Shown here piece after piece: positions 1 through 7,786 of a DNA stretch of 35,904 nt. The position numbers and the translations under genes are program-made. The stretch lies in assembly GCA_049514475.1 (NCBI GenBank), contig JBEKVA010000002.1, positions 1-35,904 of the forward strand, read 5' to 3'. Each line of letters begins with the position of its first letter. The stretch's first letter is position 1. The notes beneath the pieces were generated by a model, which saw only the letters and a program-made list of their open reading frames with translations, made no database searches and had not been told where the DNA came from. The DNA is from Spirochaetia bacterium (lineage in GTDB: Bacteria; Spirochaetota; Spirochaetia; SZUA-6; Fen-1364).

Positions 1-531
1 GCAGACCTGGTCGTGTTCGGTCTCGGCGTTCAGCCTGCCGTGGAGTACCTTGCGGGGAGCGATCTCGTGCAGAACGGAGCGGTGCCCGTCAACGAGAGGC
101 TTGAAACCAGGTACCCCGACATCCTGGCAGCCGGTGACATAGCGCTGGTGCCCGACCCTGCCGGCGGGGAGGCACGGCGCATAGAGCACTGGGTGGTGGC
201 GGAGCGCCACGGCCAGCACGCGGCACGGAGCATGCTCGGCTCCTCCGCGGCATTCGACGAGGTCCCGTTCTTCTGGACGCGCCAGACGGGCATCAGCCTG
301 AAATACGTGGGCCTTGCCCGCTCGTGGGACAGCATCTCCCTGCGGGGCGACATGGAAAAAGGGAAATTCCTGGCCGGCTTCTATAAGGCGGGCAGGCTCC
401 TGGCAGCCGCGTGTGTCGGGATGCATTCCGAGCTGACCGCCGTGGAGCTCATGATGCGAAAGAATGCCGCGCTGCCCGCCGAGAAACTGGCGGACATAGG
501 GATTGACCTGATGGCGCTGGCGCTGCGCTGA
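1..531 (+). CDS. FAD/NAD(P)-dependent pyridine nucleotide-disulfide oxidoreductase (ferredoxin-reductase type), C-terminal part; the 5' end lies outside the window
   Basis: Frame 1 is open from base 1. The translation ...AAGDIALVPDP...RIEHWVVAERHGQHAARSM...PFFWTRQTGISLKYVG... looks like the FAD-binding end plus the C-terminal dimerisation domain of this flavoprotein family. TGA at 529-531. Confidence 0.8.
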   Translation, partial: ADLVVFGLGVQPAVEYLAGSDLVQNGAVPVNERLETRYPDILAAGDIALVPDPAGGEARRIEHWVVAERHGQHAARSMLGSSAAFDEVPFFWTRQTGISLKYVGLARSWDSISLRGDMEKGKFLAGFYKAGRLLAAACVGMHSELTAVELMMRKNAALPAEKLADIGIDLMALALR

Positions 532-556
532 GCCTGGGCCGGCCGCGCGGCGCTCG

Positions 557-1219
557 TCAGCTCACCGCCGACGCTGCCAGCTCTCCCCTTTCCTTGAACA
601 ATCGCGCGTACACGATGGGGATGGGGATGAAGACCACGCACCAGAACAGAAGCACGATTGAGCCGAAGCTCCCCGAAGCCCCGGTCCCGGCCTGCGCAAA
701 GCGCAGGGCTGGGAAAATCAGGGTAGGAACCGCGAGGAACCCGTTGATCGCGCAGAAAATCTTCAATACGCGCTCAGAGCCCTTGCCCGGGATAGCCGGC
801 ACGAGCACGAGCGTGGACAGGCACATGAACGTGTAGCCCAGCATGTCCAGGGCGAAGGCTGGCGAGCCGGGGGTGAACCTGAGCATGACCAGCGCATCGG
901 GGGAAGCCGGGTAGGTGCCCAGGCGGAGCACGGAGAGCTGCAGGTAGTACACGCCCGCGCACAGCACGCCGTACATGGCCGCCAGGGCGAGTGCTGCCCG
1001 GGTGAAGGAGCCGCTGCCCTCCCCCGTGACGGCGGGGGTGCAGGCGATCATCGTCACGTAGGTGGGCGCAAGCAGCATGCAGGCGATATAGCTCACGGCG
1101 TCCGCCGCGGGGGACGGGGAGATGAGGTACCAGATGAGCTCTGCGGCAAAGACCGCCACTTCCACCGTCACCGCAACCGCGCTCCCGTATCCCAGGCGGT
1201 ATTCTTTCATCGATGTCAT
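557..1219 (-). CDS. Hypothetical polytopic membrane protein (about 6 hydrophobic segments)
   Basis: 220-aa ORF with repeated long hydrophobic stretches and no recognisable motif. GAAGAAGG lies upstream of the ATG. It starts 13 nt after the stop of the co-directional upstream gene. Confidence 0.6.
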   Translation of the reverse strand: MTSMKEYRLGYGSAVAVTVEVAVFAAELIWYLISPSPAADAVSYIACMLLAPTYVTMIACTPAVTGEGSGSFTRAALALAAMYGVLCAGVYYLQLSVLRLGTYPASPDALVMLRFTPGSPAFALDMLGYTFMCLSTLVLVPAIPGKGSERVLKIFCAINGFLAVPTLIFPALRFAQAGTGASGSFGSIVLLFWCVVFIPIPIVYARLFKERGELAASAVS

Positions 1220-1232
1220 AAAGCCTTCTTCT

Positions 1233-2348
1233 TTACGCAGGCAGAAGCCCGCTCACCATCTCGGCAATCGCCAGGCAGGAGGTGAGCCCGGGTGACTCCA
1301 TGCCGATAAGGTTCACGAACCCCGGCAGCCCTCGGTCAGTCTCTTCCCTGATGATGAAATCGCGGAAGGGCTCGCCAGCGCGGTAGAGCTTCGGCCGGAT
1401 TCCCGACATGTCGGGTGTGAGATCGGCCGGCTCCAGGAACGGCAGGAACTTCCTGGCCTTTTCGTAGAACTCCCTCCCGTGGGAAGGGTCGACGGCATAG
1501 TCCAGCTCATCGACGTAGAAGGAGCTGGGCCCGATCTTCATGCCGCCGTCAAGCCCGAGCACCAGGTGCGCCCCGAGGTGCACCGGCGAAGGCACGGGAT
1601 AGACAAGCCGGGCGAGCGTGCCCCTGTGCCGGTCTGCGACCTTGAAGTACTCCCCCTTGCAGGGTCGGATGCGGCAGTCCTCTTTCGCGCAGTCCATGCC
1701 CGCCATCTCCGCCACCCGGTCAGCGTACAGGCCGGCGGCGTTGACCACGCGCAGGGCGCGCAGCGTGAGCCGCTGCCCGTCGGCATCGTCTATGTCCACG
1801 GCGTACCCCTCGCCGTCGCGCGCAATGGCGGTGAGGCGGCAATTGTACGCGATGGTGGCCCTGCCGGAGACCGCCGCTCGCGCCAGTGACTCCATCATCG
1901 CATGGCTGCTCACGATGCCCGTGCTCTCGCTGTGGAGGCCCAGCACGCAGCTGACGCGCGGCTCCAGGGACTGCACTTCCTTCCGCGTCAGGATCCGCAG
2001 GCCGGGGGTCCCATTCTTGAGGCCCTGCGCGAGTATCTTGTGCAGCGTCGCGGCCTCCCCGTCATCGGTTGCCGCCACGATCTTCCCTGTCCTGCGAAAG
2101 GGAATGCCCTGCCGCTGGCAGCGCTCGTAGAGCAAGGGATTGCCCCGAACGCACAGGCGCGTCTTCAGGAGACTCTCGGCGTAGTACATGCCGCAATGGA
2201 TGACCTCGCTGTTGCGGGAGGACGTCTCGCGGCCGAAGCTGTCGTGCTGCTCGACGACAACGACGTCGGCTCCCCGCTCCGAGAGACGTTCCGCGATTGC
2301 AAGGCCGATGACCCCGGCCCCGATGACGAGAATGTCCGTTGTTTCCAT
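1233..2348 (-). CDS. FAD-dependent oxidoreductase, L-2-hydroxyglutarate oxidase (LhgO)/DAO-like
   Basis: Start trimmed to the ATG at 2348 (METTDILVIGAGVIGLAIAERL..., a GxGxxG dinucleotide fold at the N-terminus). Features: ...SSRNSEVIHCGMYY... and a C-terminal GMESPGLTS. The ORF-track extension to 2450 is Arg/Pro-rich and runs through the repeat array. Confidence 0.8.
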   Translation of the reverse strand: METTDILVIGAGVIGLAIAERLSERGADVVVVEQHDSFGRETSSRNSEVIHCGMYYAESLLKTRLCVRGNPLLYERCQRQGIPFRRTGKIVAATDDGEAATLHKILAQGLKNGTPGLRILTRKEVQSLEPRVSCVLGLHSESTGIVSSHAMMESLARAAVSGRATIAYNCRLTAIARDGEGYAVDIDDADGQRLTLRALRVVNAAGLYADRVAEMAGMDCAKEDCRIRPCKGEYFKVADRHRGTLARLVYPVPSPVHLGAHLVLGLDGGMKIGPSSFYVDELDYAVDPSHGREFYEKARKFLPFLEPADLTPDMSGIRPKLYRAGEPFRDFIIREETDRGLPGFVNLIGMESPGLTSCLAIAEMVSGLLPA

Positions 2349-2402
2349 TGCACCCACTGTAGCAGAGACCCGGCAGGAGGGTCGAGGCGGCGACGCAGGG
2401 GG

Positions 2403-2493
2403 CGCCCCGCGGGCTGCCGCGGCGCGAATCTGCGGCGTACCGCGGCGCAATCCGCGGGATACCGTGGCGCGAATCCGCGGGGTACCGCGGCGC
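2403..2493. repeat. Tandem array of four ~23-nt units, each with two CCGCGG-like hexamers around a 4-nt loop (CCGCGG-N4-CCGCGG-CGC-(G)AAT)
   Basis: Read directly: unit 0 ends at 2425 (ccgcgg gctg ccgcgg cgc). Unit 1 is 2426-2448 (gaat ctgcgg cgta ccgcgg cgc). Unit 2 is 2449-2470 (aat ccgcgg gata ccgtgg cgc). Unit 3 is 2471-2493 (gaat ccgcgg ggta ccgcgg cgc). CCGCGG is self-complementary, so each unit can form a 5-6 bp GC hairpin. The array abuts the stop codon at 2494-2496. Confidence 0.75.
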
Positions 2494-3480
2494 CTACCCT
2501 GCTTTCTCCCCCAGCATCCGGCGCATGAGCTGCGCGATCTTTATAGCATCAGAGCTGGCAAAGCAGGCGCGCAGCTCGTTCCTGTCGACCCGCTCCAGCA
2601 TGGTGTAGCCCATCCTGATGTTCGCGATGCTCTGCGCAACCGCGTCCTCGGGCATCTCGCGGAAGGGGAAAAGGTCCAGCCCGAACCACCCGCCGTAGCC
2701 CAGCTCCTCCAGCCAGAACAGGAGCTCCACCGTCTCCCAGAGGTTGACCATGCCCACCATGGCATCGTCGTCATACATCTTGGAGTTGTCGTTCCAGTGG
2801 GTGTGAAACAGCCTCTTGTAGCGCATGGCAAAGGCGAACGTCTCGGCGAGGTTCTCCTGCATTATCAGCGCGTGGCCGGTCTCGATGTTGATGCCGAGGT
2901 TGGGCCGGTTGATCTCGTTCAGGAGCGTGACCGTCTGCCCGACGTTGGGAAGGAGGATGTGGGAGCGCGGGTCGTAGGCCTTGTACTCCACGACGATCTG
3001 CTGCTTCTTGTTGTAATCGGCCCACTCGGCAAGGCCCTCGGCCAGGGTGTCCCAACGCCGGGGGAAGTCGACCTGGAAGGGATAGTCGTAGCCGTCCTGC
3101 GCAGGCCAGTAGCACATGAACTTCACGCCCAGCTCGCCGCCCAGGTCGGTGACCTTCTTGGCAAAATCTACGGCGCGCCTGCGCAGCGCCTTGTCGGGGT
3201 TGCTGAACTGGCCGAACTTGTACACCGGGTCGATCCAGAGATGCGGGGTGAGCATGACGAACTTCAGGTTCATGTCCGCCGCGCGCTTCTTCAAATCCTT
3301 CCAATTCTTGTCGTTGATCTCCGTGGGGTAATGCATCTCCAGGCCGCCGACACCGGGGATCTTCCCCGCGGCATCGAAGCGCTCCTCGATGGTCCTGTCG
3401 GGCCGGTAGCCGGCCTTCACGAAACGGTCTCCCGTGGCCCCCATGTACCACATGCCGACGGATACCTTCAGGTCTTTCAT
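2494..3480 (-). CDS. Xylose-isomerase-fold sugar isomerase (divergent XylA/RhaI-like TIM barrel)
   Basis: Start set at the ATG at 3480 (MKDLKVSVGMWY...), with GGAGG 9 nt upstream. The stretch ...VVEYKAYDPRSHILLPNVGQ...GINIETGHALIMQ...FHTHWNDN...DDDAMVG...FGLDLFPFRE parallels the metal-binding/catalytic segments of xylose isomerases. Confidence 0.8.
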   Translation of the reverse strand: MKDLKVSVGMWYMGATGDRFVKAGYRPDRTIEERFDAAGKIPGVGGLEMHYPTEINDKNWKDLKKRAADMNLKFVMLTPHLWIDPVYKFGQFSNPDKALRRRAVDFAKKVTDLGGELGVKFMCYWPAQDGYDYPFQVDFPRRWDTLAEGLAEWADYNKKQQIVVEYKAYDPRSHILLPNVGQTVTLLNEINRPNLGINIETGHALIMQENLAETFAFAMRYKRLFHTHWNDNSKMYDDDAMVGMVNLWETVELLFWLEELGYGGWFGLDLFPFREMPEDAVAQSIANIRMGYTMLERVDRNELRACFASSDAIKIAQLMRRMLGEKAG

Positions 3481-3509
3481 CTCTGCCGAGCCTCCTCGAT
3501 GGAAGATAC

Positions 3510-4472
3510 TCACGTCCAGAACATTTTTCCCGGCTTTTCGCTGATGAGCACCTCTTTCAGCGTTGCCACGCCCTTTGCCAGCCCTTCATCGATGGACATC
3601 ATGGCATCCTCGTGCTCGATGGAGACCACGTAGTCGTAGCCCACCATGCGCAGCGCGCTCATTATGTCCCTCCACGTCTTCCGGTCGTGGCCGTAGCCGA
3701 CGCTGCGGAACGTCCACGCCCTGCGGGGGATCTGGTCATAGCTCTTGTTGTCGTTGCACCCGTTCACCGACACGTTCAGGTTGTCGACGTAGCAGTCCTT
3801 GCCGTGCATGTGAACGATGGCATCCCCCAGCTTCCTGATGGCCGCCGGCACGTCCACCCCGTTCCAGAAAAGGTGGCTGGGGTCGAGATTGCATCCCAGC
3901 ACGGGGCCGACCGCCTCCCGCAGGCGCAGCATGGTCTCCACGTTGTACACAAGGAAGCCCGGGTGCGGCTCAATGGCGATCTTCACCCCGTGCTCCTGCG
4001 CGAGCTTGCCCGCTGCCTTCCAGTACGGGATTGCCACCGTGTTCCACTGGTAGTCGAGCATCTTCAGGTTGTGCGGCGGCCAGGGACAGGTGACCCAGTT
4101 CGGGCTTTTGTCACCGGGGGAGCCGGCGGGAAGGCCCGAGGAGGCGTTGACGACGGGCACCTCGAGGAGCGCGGCGAGCTTCACCGTCTTTCGGAAGATC
4201 GCATCTGACTCCGCGGCAAGCGCCGGGTCAGGGCTCAGCGGCTCGTAGTGGCAGGAGAAGGCGCTGATGATGAGACCGCGCGAGCTCACGGCCTTCAGGT
4301 ACGCCTTTCGCCGGCTCTCGCTTTCCAGAAGCTCGTCCACCGGGCAGTGGTGGCTTCCGGGATAGCCTCCGGTGCCGATTTCCACGGCGGATATCCCGGC
4401 AGCCACGATTCGATCGAGGGCCTTCTCGAAGCCCATGTCCTGGAACAGGACCGAGAATACTCCGATGCGCAT
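3510..4472 (-). CDS. Sugar phosphate isomerase/epimerase (xylose-isomerase-like TIM barrel, AP endonuclease 2 family)
   Basis: Start trimmed to the ATG at 4472 (MRIGVFSVLFQD...AVEIGTGGYPG...), with AAAGGGGGG upstream. Motifs: ...IAIEPHPG..., ...NLDPSHLFW..., ...HMHGKD..., ...VSIEHED. The 104-codon N-terminal extension in the ORF track overlaps the next gene and is Arg/Gly-rich. Confidence 0.85.
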   Translation of the reverse strand: MRIGVFSVLFQDMGFEKALDRIVAAGISAVEIGTGGYPGSHHCPVDELLESESRRKAYLKAVSSRGLIISAFSCHYEPLSPDPALAAESDAIFRKTVKLAALLEVPVVNASSGLPAGSPGDKSPNWVTCPWPPHNLKMLDYQWNTVAIPYWKAAGKLAQEHGVKIAIEPHPGFLVYNVETMLRLREAVGPVLGCNLDPSHLFWNGVDVPAAIRKLGDAIVHMHGKDCYVDNLNVSVNGCNDNKSYDQIPRRAWTFRSVGYGHDRKTWRDIMSALRMVGYDYVVSIEHEDAMMSIDEGLAKGVATLKEVLISEKPGKMFWT

Positions 4473-4507
4473 CACGTCCCCCCTTTCCGATTGTCTCGGC
4501 GCGGATG

Positions 4508-5611
4508 TCAGTAACGCCCGGCCGCGTACCCTTCGCTCAGCATCGCAACGAGGTTGGCCACCGGCACGTACTCGGGTATCGAGTTGCCCGAGCCCAGCGC
4601 CCAGCCCCCGCCGGGGGCGCACCTCTCGATGAGAAATCGCGTATGCGCGCGCACCTCCTCGACGCTCATCGAGGGGAGCTTCACCATGTCGAACCCCCCC
4701 AGGTGGGCAATGCGCGCGCCGTACTTCCGCTTCGCCTCCCACACCGGCTCGATCACGTCCTCGAAGGAGTGCCGCGCATCCCATCCCGTGTCGATGATCT
4801 GCTCGATGACCGCGGAGAGATTGCCGCAGGAGTGCAGGATGATCGGCTTCCCCCGGTCGTGGGCCGCGGAGACGATCCTCCGATGCCAGGGCAGGAGGTA
4901 CTCGGTGAAGGCGGCGGGCGGCAGGAGAAGCTGCGTCTTGAAGCCCAGGTCATCCCCGTAGCGCAGCGCGCCGACGCAGTCGAAGGAAGCGATGGTGTCG
5001 AAGTACTGGAGCACCCTCTGGCCGACCTCTTCGAACATGTCCTTGATCAGCCCGGGGTCGTCGTAGAGCAGGTAGGAGATGCCCTCGTATCCCAGCAGCC
5101 ACATGACGTTCTCGAAGACCCCAGGGCTGTCCCCGATGACGGCCATCCCCTCCGGCAGCAGCCGGGGGGCGAGCTCGAACGGGGAATAGTCGATGGAGCG
5201 CATGTCGGGCCACGGGTAGCGCTCGAAACCCGCGCGGTCCTCGATGGTCTTCAGCTCCTGCGTTATGTAGGGGCGCGCTCCCTCGGTGGTCTGCCCCGTC
5301 GGCTTCTCCTTCTGCGGGAAAAGAAACCCCGTCATGGATTCACGGACCGCCGCGAAGTCGTAGCCCATCCAGAACTGGTGGCGTACGTGGGTCCGCAGAG
5401 CGCGCAGGGCTTCGTTCCTGTCCGTGGCACGCCGCGCGGGCCCCGGCATCGCGGGGTCCCCGAGAGCCTCGAGGACATCGGCCTCGATGTTCGAGAATAT
5501 CTCGTAGAAGGGAACACGGTCGGGAACGCCGCTTCGGCGGAGCACCTTCTCCAGCCGGCGGAAGTCGGGGGCGGGGTGCGGTATGGGCGGGCGCAGGCTC
5601 ATTGCGGGCAT
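4508..5611 (-). CDS. Uroporphyrinogen decarboxylase (URO-D)/MtaA-like family protein, copy 1
   Basis: 367-aa ORF: ...DRVPFYEIF..., ...ILHSCGNLSAVIEQIIDTGWDARHSFED..., ...GGFDM..., ...GGGWALGSGNSIPEYVP.... This layout is typical of the URO-D fold family. The start could be 5611 or 5602. Confidence 0.75.
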   Translation of the reverse strand: MPAMSLRPPIPHPAPDFRRLEKVLRRSGVPDRVPFYEIFSNIEADVLEALGDPAMPGPARRATDRNEALRALRTHVRHQFWMGYDFAAVRESMTGFLFPQKEKPTGQTTEGARPYITQELKTIEDRAGFERYPWPDMRSIDYSPFELAPRLLPEGMAVIGDSPGVFENVMWLLGYEGISYLLYDDPGLIKDMFEEVGQRVLQYFDTIASFDCVGALRYGDDLGFKTQLLLPPAAFTEYLLPWHRRIVSAAHDRGKPIILHSCGNLSAVIEQIIDTGWDARHSFEDVIEPVWEAKRKYGARIAHLGGFDMVKLPSMSVEEVRAHTRFLIERCAPGGGWALGSGNSIPEYVPVANLVAMLSEGYAAGRY

Positions 5612-5621
5612 GCCGCGGCTG

Positions 5622-6785
5622 CTACACCTTCACCCACGTGGAACCGCTCTTCGCCGACTCCCCTGCCTTGATCACGAAGCGCATGCCGCGCAGCCCGTCG
5701 TAGACGGTGGGGAACTTGTAGTCGGCGCTCTTCATGGGCTTTCCGTCGATGTGCCGGCGGAGTGCCTCCACGAACCCGCAGTAGATGTTTGCGAACGCCT
5801 CCAGGTACCCCTCGGGGTGGCCGGTGGGAACGCGCGTGCTCCACGTTGCGAAATCCGAGAGGTACTCCTTGTGAGCGCGGCTGATGATCTCCCGCGGCGC
5901 GTTGTAATGATAGATGCTCATGTAGTTGGGGTTCTCCTGCGCCCACAGGATCCCGCCCTTCTCCGCGTAGATGCGGATGGTGAGCCCGTTCTCCTCCCCG
6001 GTTGCCACCTGGCTCACGGTCATCATGCCCCTGCCGCCGCCGGAAAGCCGCAGGAGGAGATTCGCGTCCTCCTCCAGCTTCCGGTCAGGCAGGAACGTGG
6101 TGAAATCCGCGCACACCTCGCTGATGCGCTCCCCGGTGATGTACTCCAGCAGGTTCTCGCAGTGGGTGCCCGCGTCTCCCATGGTACCGACAAGCCCCGC
6201 CTGCGCGGGGTCCGTGCGCCATATGGCCTGCTTGTTGCCCTGCTTCTCCTGGGGCACCATGAGGAAATCCTGCAGGTATTCGACGAGCACCTTGCGGACT
6301 TTCCCCATCTGCCCGCCGCGGAAAAGTCCCCGCGCGTGACGGATGAGCGGGTGGCCGGTGTAGTTATGGGTGAGACAGAACACCAGTCCCGTCTTCTCCA
6401 CGAGCTTCACGAGCTCTTCGGCCTGCTCCAGCGTGAATGTCATGGGCTTGTCCATGACCACGTGGAAGCCGCGGCCCAGGAACGCTTTTGCGATGTCGAA
6501 GTGGGAGACGTTCTGCGTGACGATGGACACGAAGTCGATGCGCCTGTCCGCCGGCAGCGCGGCCTCCTTCTCTACCATCTCCTGCCAGCTCCCGTAGGCG
6601 CGCGCGGGGTCGATGTAGAGCTGCTGCCCAGTGGTCCGCGTGTTCTCGGGATCGCGAGAGAAGCAACCGGCGCAGAACTCGATCTGGCCGTCGAGATTGG
6701 CCGCCATGCGGTGGATCCAGCCGATGAAGGCCCCCTGTCCCCCGCCCACCATGCCCATGCGCACCCGCCTCTTCCACGGTTCCAT
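5622..6785 (-). CDS. Gfo/Idh/MocA family NAD(P)-dependent oxidoreductase
   Basis: N-terminal Rossmann motif MGMVGGGQGAFIG, then ...VSIVTQNVSHFDIAKAFLGRGFHVVMDKPM.... AGGAGG lies 6 nt upstream of the ATG at 6785. Confidence 0.88.
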   Translation of the reverse strand: MEPWKRRVRMGMVGGGQGAFIGWIHRMAANLDGQIEFCAGCFSRDPENTRTTGQQLYIDPARAYGSWQEMVEKEAALPADRRIDFVSIVTQNVSHFDIAKAFLGRGFHVVMDKPMTFTLEQAEELVKLVEKTGLVFCLTHNYTGHPLIRHARGLFRGGQMGKVRKVLVEYLQDFLMVPQEKQGNKQAIWRTDPAQAGLVGTMGDAGTHCENLLEYITGERISEVCADFTTFLPDRKLEEDANLLLRLSGGGRGMMTVSQVATGEENGLTIRIYAEKGGILWAQENPNYMSIYHYNAPREIISRAHKEYLSDFATWSTRVPTGHPEGYLEAFANIYCGFVEALRRHIDGKPMKSADYKFPTVYDGLRGMRFVIKAGESAKSGSTWVKV

Positions 6786-6811
6786 GTCGCTGCCTCCTGA
6801 GACTCTTGCCG

Positions 6812-7786
6812 CTATTCCTTGCGCTGTACCAGCACCGCCACGATGATGATGATGCCCTTCACCGTTCCCGCGAGAAAGGGCGAGACACCCATCAGGGTGA
6901 GCATGTTGCTGAGGATGCCGAGGATCAGCACCCCGAAGAAGGTCCCGATCACGCTCCCCCGCCCGCCGGTCATGCGCGTGCCGCCGATGATGACGGCCGC
7001 GATGGCGTCCAGCTCGTAGCCGGTGCCCGAGCTGGCGGCGGAGACGGAGTTCAGCCGCGAGGTTTCGATCATGGCGGCGAATGCCACCATGGCGCCCCCG
7101 AGCATGTAGGTGATCATCTTGATCTTGTTCACGTTGATGGCCGAGAGGTGTGACGCCTTCTCATTGGAACCGATGGAGTAGATGTAGCGCCCCAGCGGCG
7201 TCTTTTGGGAAAAGATGTGCACGACCACCGTGAAAAAGATGAAATAGAACACGGGGAAGGAGATCCCGAAGATATCGCCGTTTGCAATGACCTCGTAGGC
7301 CTGCACGTTGGCGCTGATGCCGCCCCCGTTCAGCAGGTACAGCGCCAGCGACCGGCAGGTGGCCATGACCCCGAGGGTGGCGATGAACGGTGTGACCCGT
7401 CCGCGGGTGATGATCGTGCCGTTGATGGCCCCGATCAGCACCCCGCCGGCAAGGGTGGTGATCAGTCCCAGCGGGATGTTGTGCGTCGCGTTGAGCACCC
7501 AGATGCCCGCGGCGCCCATGAGCACGAGCCCCGAGCCGACGGAGAGGTCGATGCCGCCGGAGATGATGATCAGCGTCATGCCGAGGGAGATGATGCCGAT
7601 GATCGAGGTCGAGCGCAGGATGTTGATGATGTTCGTCTGGCTCATGAAGGAGTCGCGCGCCAGGATGGTGGCGATGATCACCATGGCGATGAAGGCCACG
7701 ATGACGCTGTTCTCCCCGAGGAAGCGGACCACCGGTCCCGCCACCGGGTGCTCCCGTATCGTCTGGTAGGTTGTTTTCACGCTCAT
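6812..7786 (-). CDS. Sugar ABC transporter permease (RbsC/AraH type)
   Basis: Start at the ATG at 7786 (MSVKTTYQ...), overlapping the TGA of the upstream ATPase gene (ATGA). The protein is multi-TM with a C-terminal ...GYELDAIAAVIIGGTRMTGGRGSVIGTFFGVLILGILSNMLTLMGVS... signature. The ORF-track extension to 8437 is an out-of-context read across the ATPase gene. Confidence 0.9.
   Translation of the reverse strand: MSVKTTYQTIREHPVAGPVVRFLGENSVIVAFIAMVIIATILARDSFMSQTNIINILRSTSIIGIISLGMTLIIISGGIDLSVGSGLVLMGAAGIWVLNATHNIPLGLITTLAGGVLIGAINGTIITRGRVTPFIATLGVMATCRSLALYLLNGGGISANVQAYEVIANGDIFGISFPVFYFIFFTVVVHIFSQKTPLGRYIYSIGSNEKASHLSAINVNKIKMITYMLGGAMVAFAAMIETSRLNSVSAASSGTGYELDAIAAVIIGGTRMTGGRGSVIGTFFGVLILGILSNMLTLMGVSPFLAGTVKGIIIIVAVLVQRKE

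Noticed and set aside
2403-2493. I considered whether the tandem 23-nt units could be a miniature CRISPR array.
   Set aside because: The units abut directly with no unique spacers, are shorter than CRISPR repeats, and no cas genes are present.
2188-3633. Long ORFs antisense to recognised genes. Examples: 2188-3633 (+), 5583-6800 (+), 7918-9336 (+), 13489-14865 (+), 19130-20482 (+), 24924-26003 (-), 27208-28620 (-), 28699-29949 (-), 34415-35692 (+).
   Set aside because: Their translations are Arg/Gly/Pro/His/Asp-rich with no motifs. Each fully overlaps a gene that has clear family signatures on the other strand. Such shadow ORFs are expected in GC-rich DNA because stop codons are rare.
3510-4784. 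N-terminal extensions offered by the ORF track. Examples: 3510-4784, 1233-2450, 6812-8437, 13366-15138, 17673-18398, 19160-20458, 25591-27000, 32024-33727, 34004-35809.
   Set aside because: In each case the extension overlaps the neighbouring gene, has non-protein-like composition, and an internal ATG/GTG with a good Shine-Dalgarno gives a family-typical N-terminus. I trimmed the starts accordingly.
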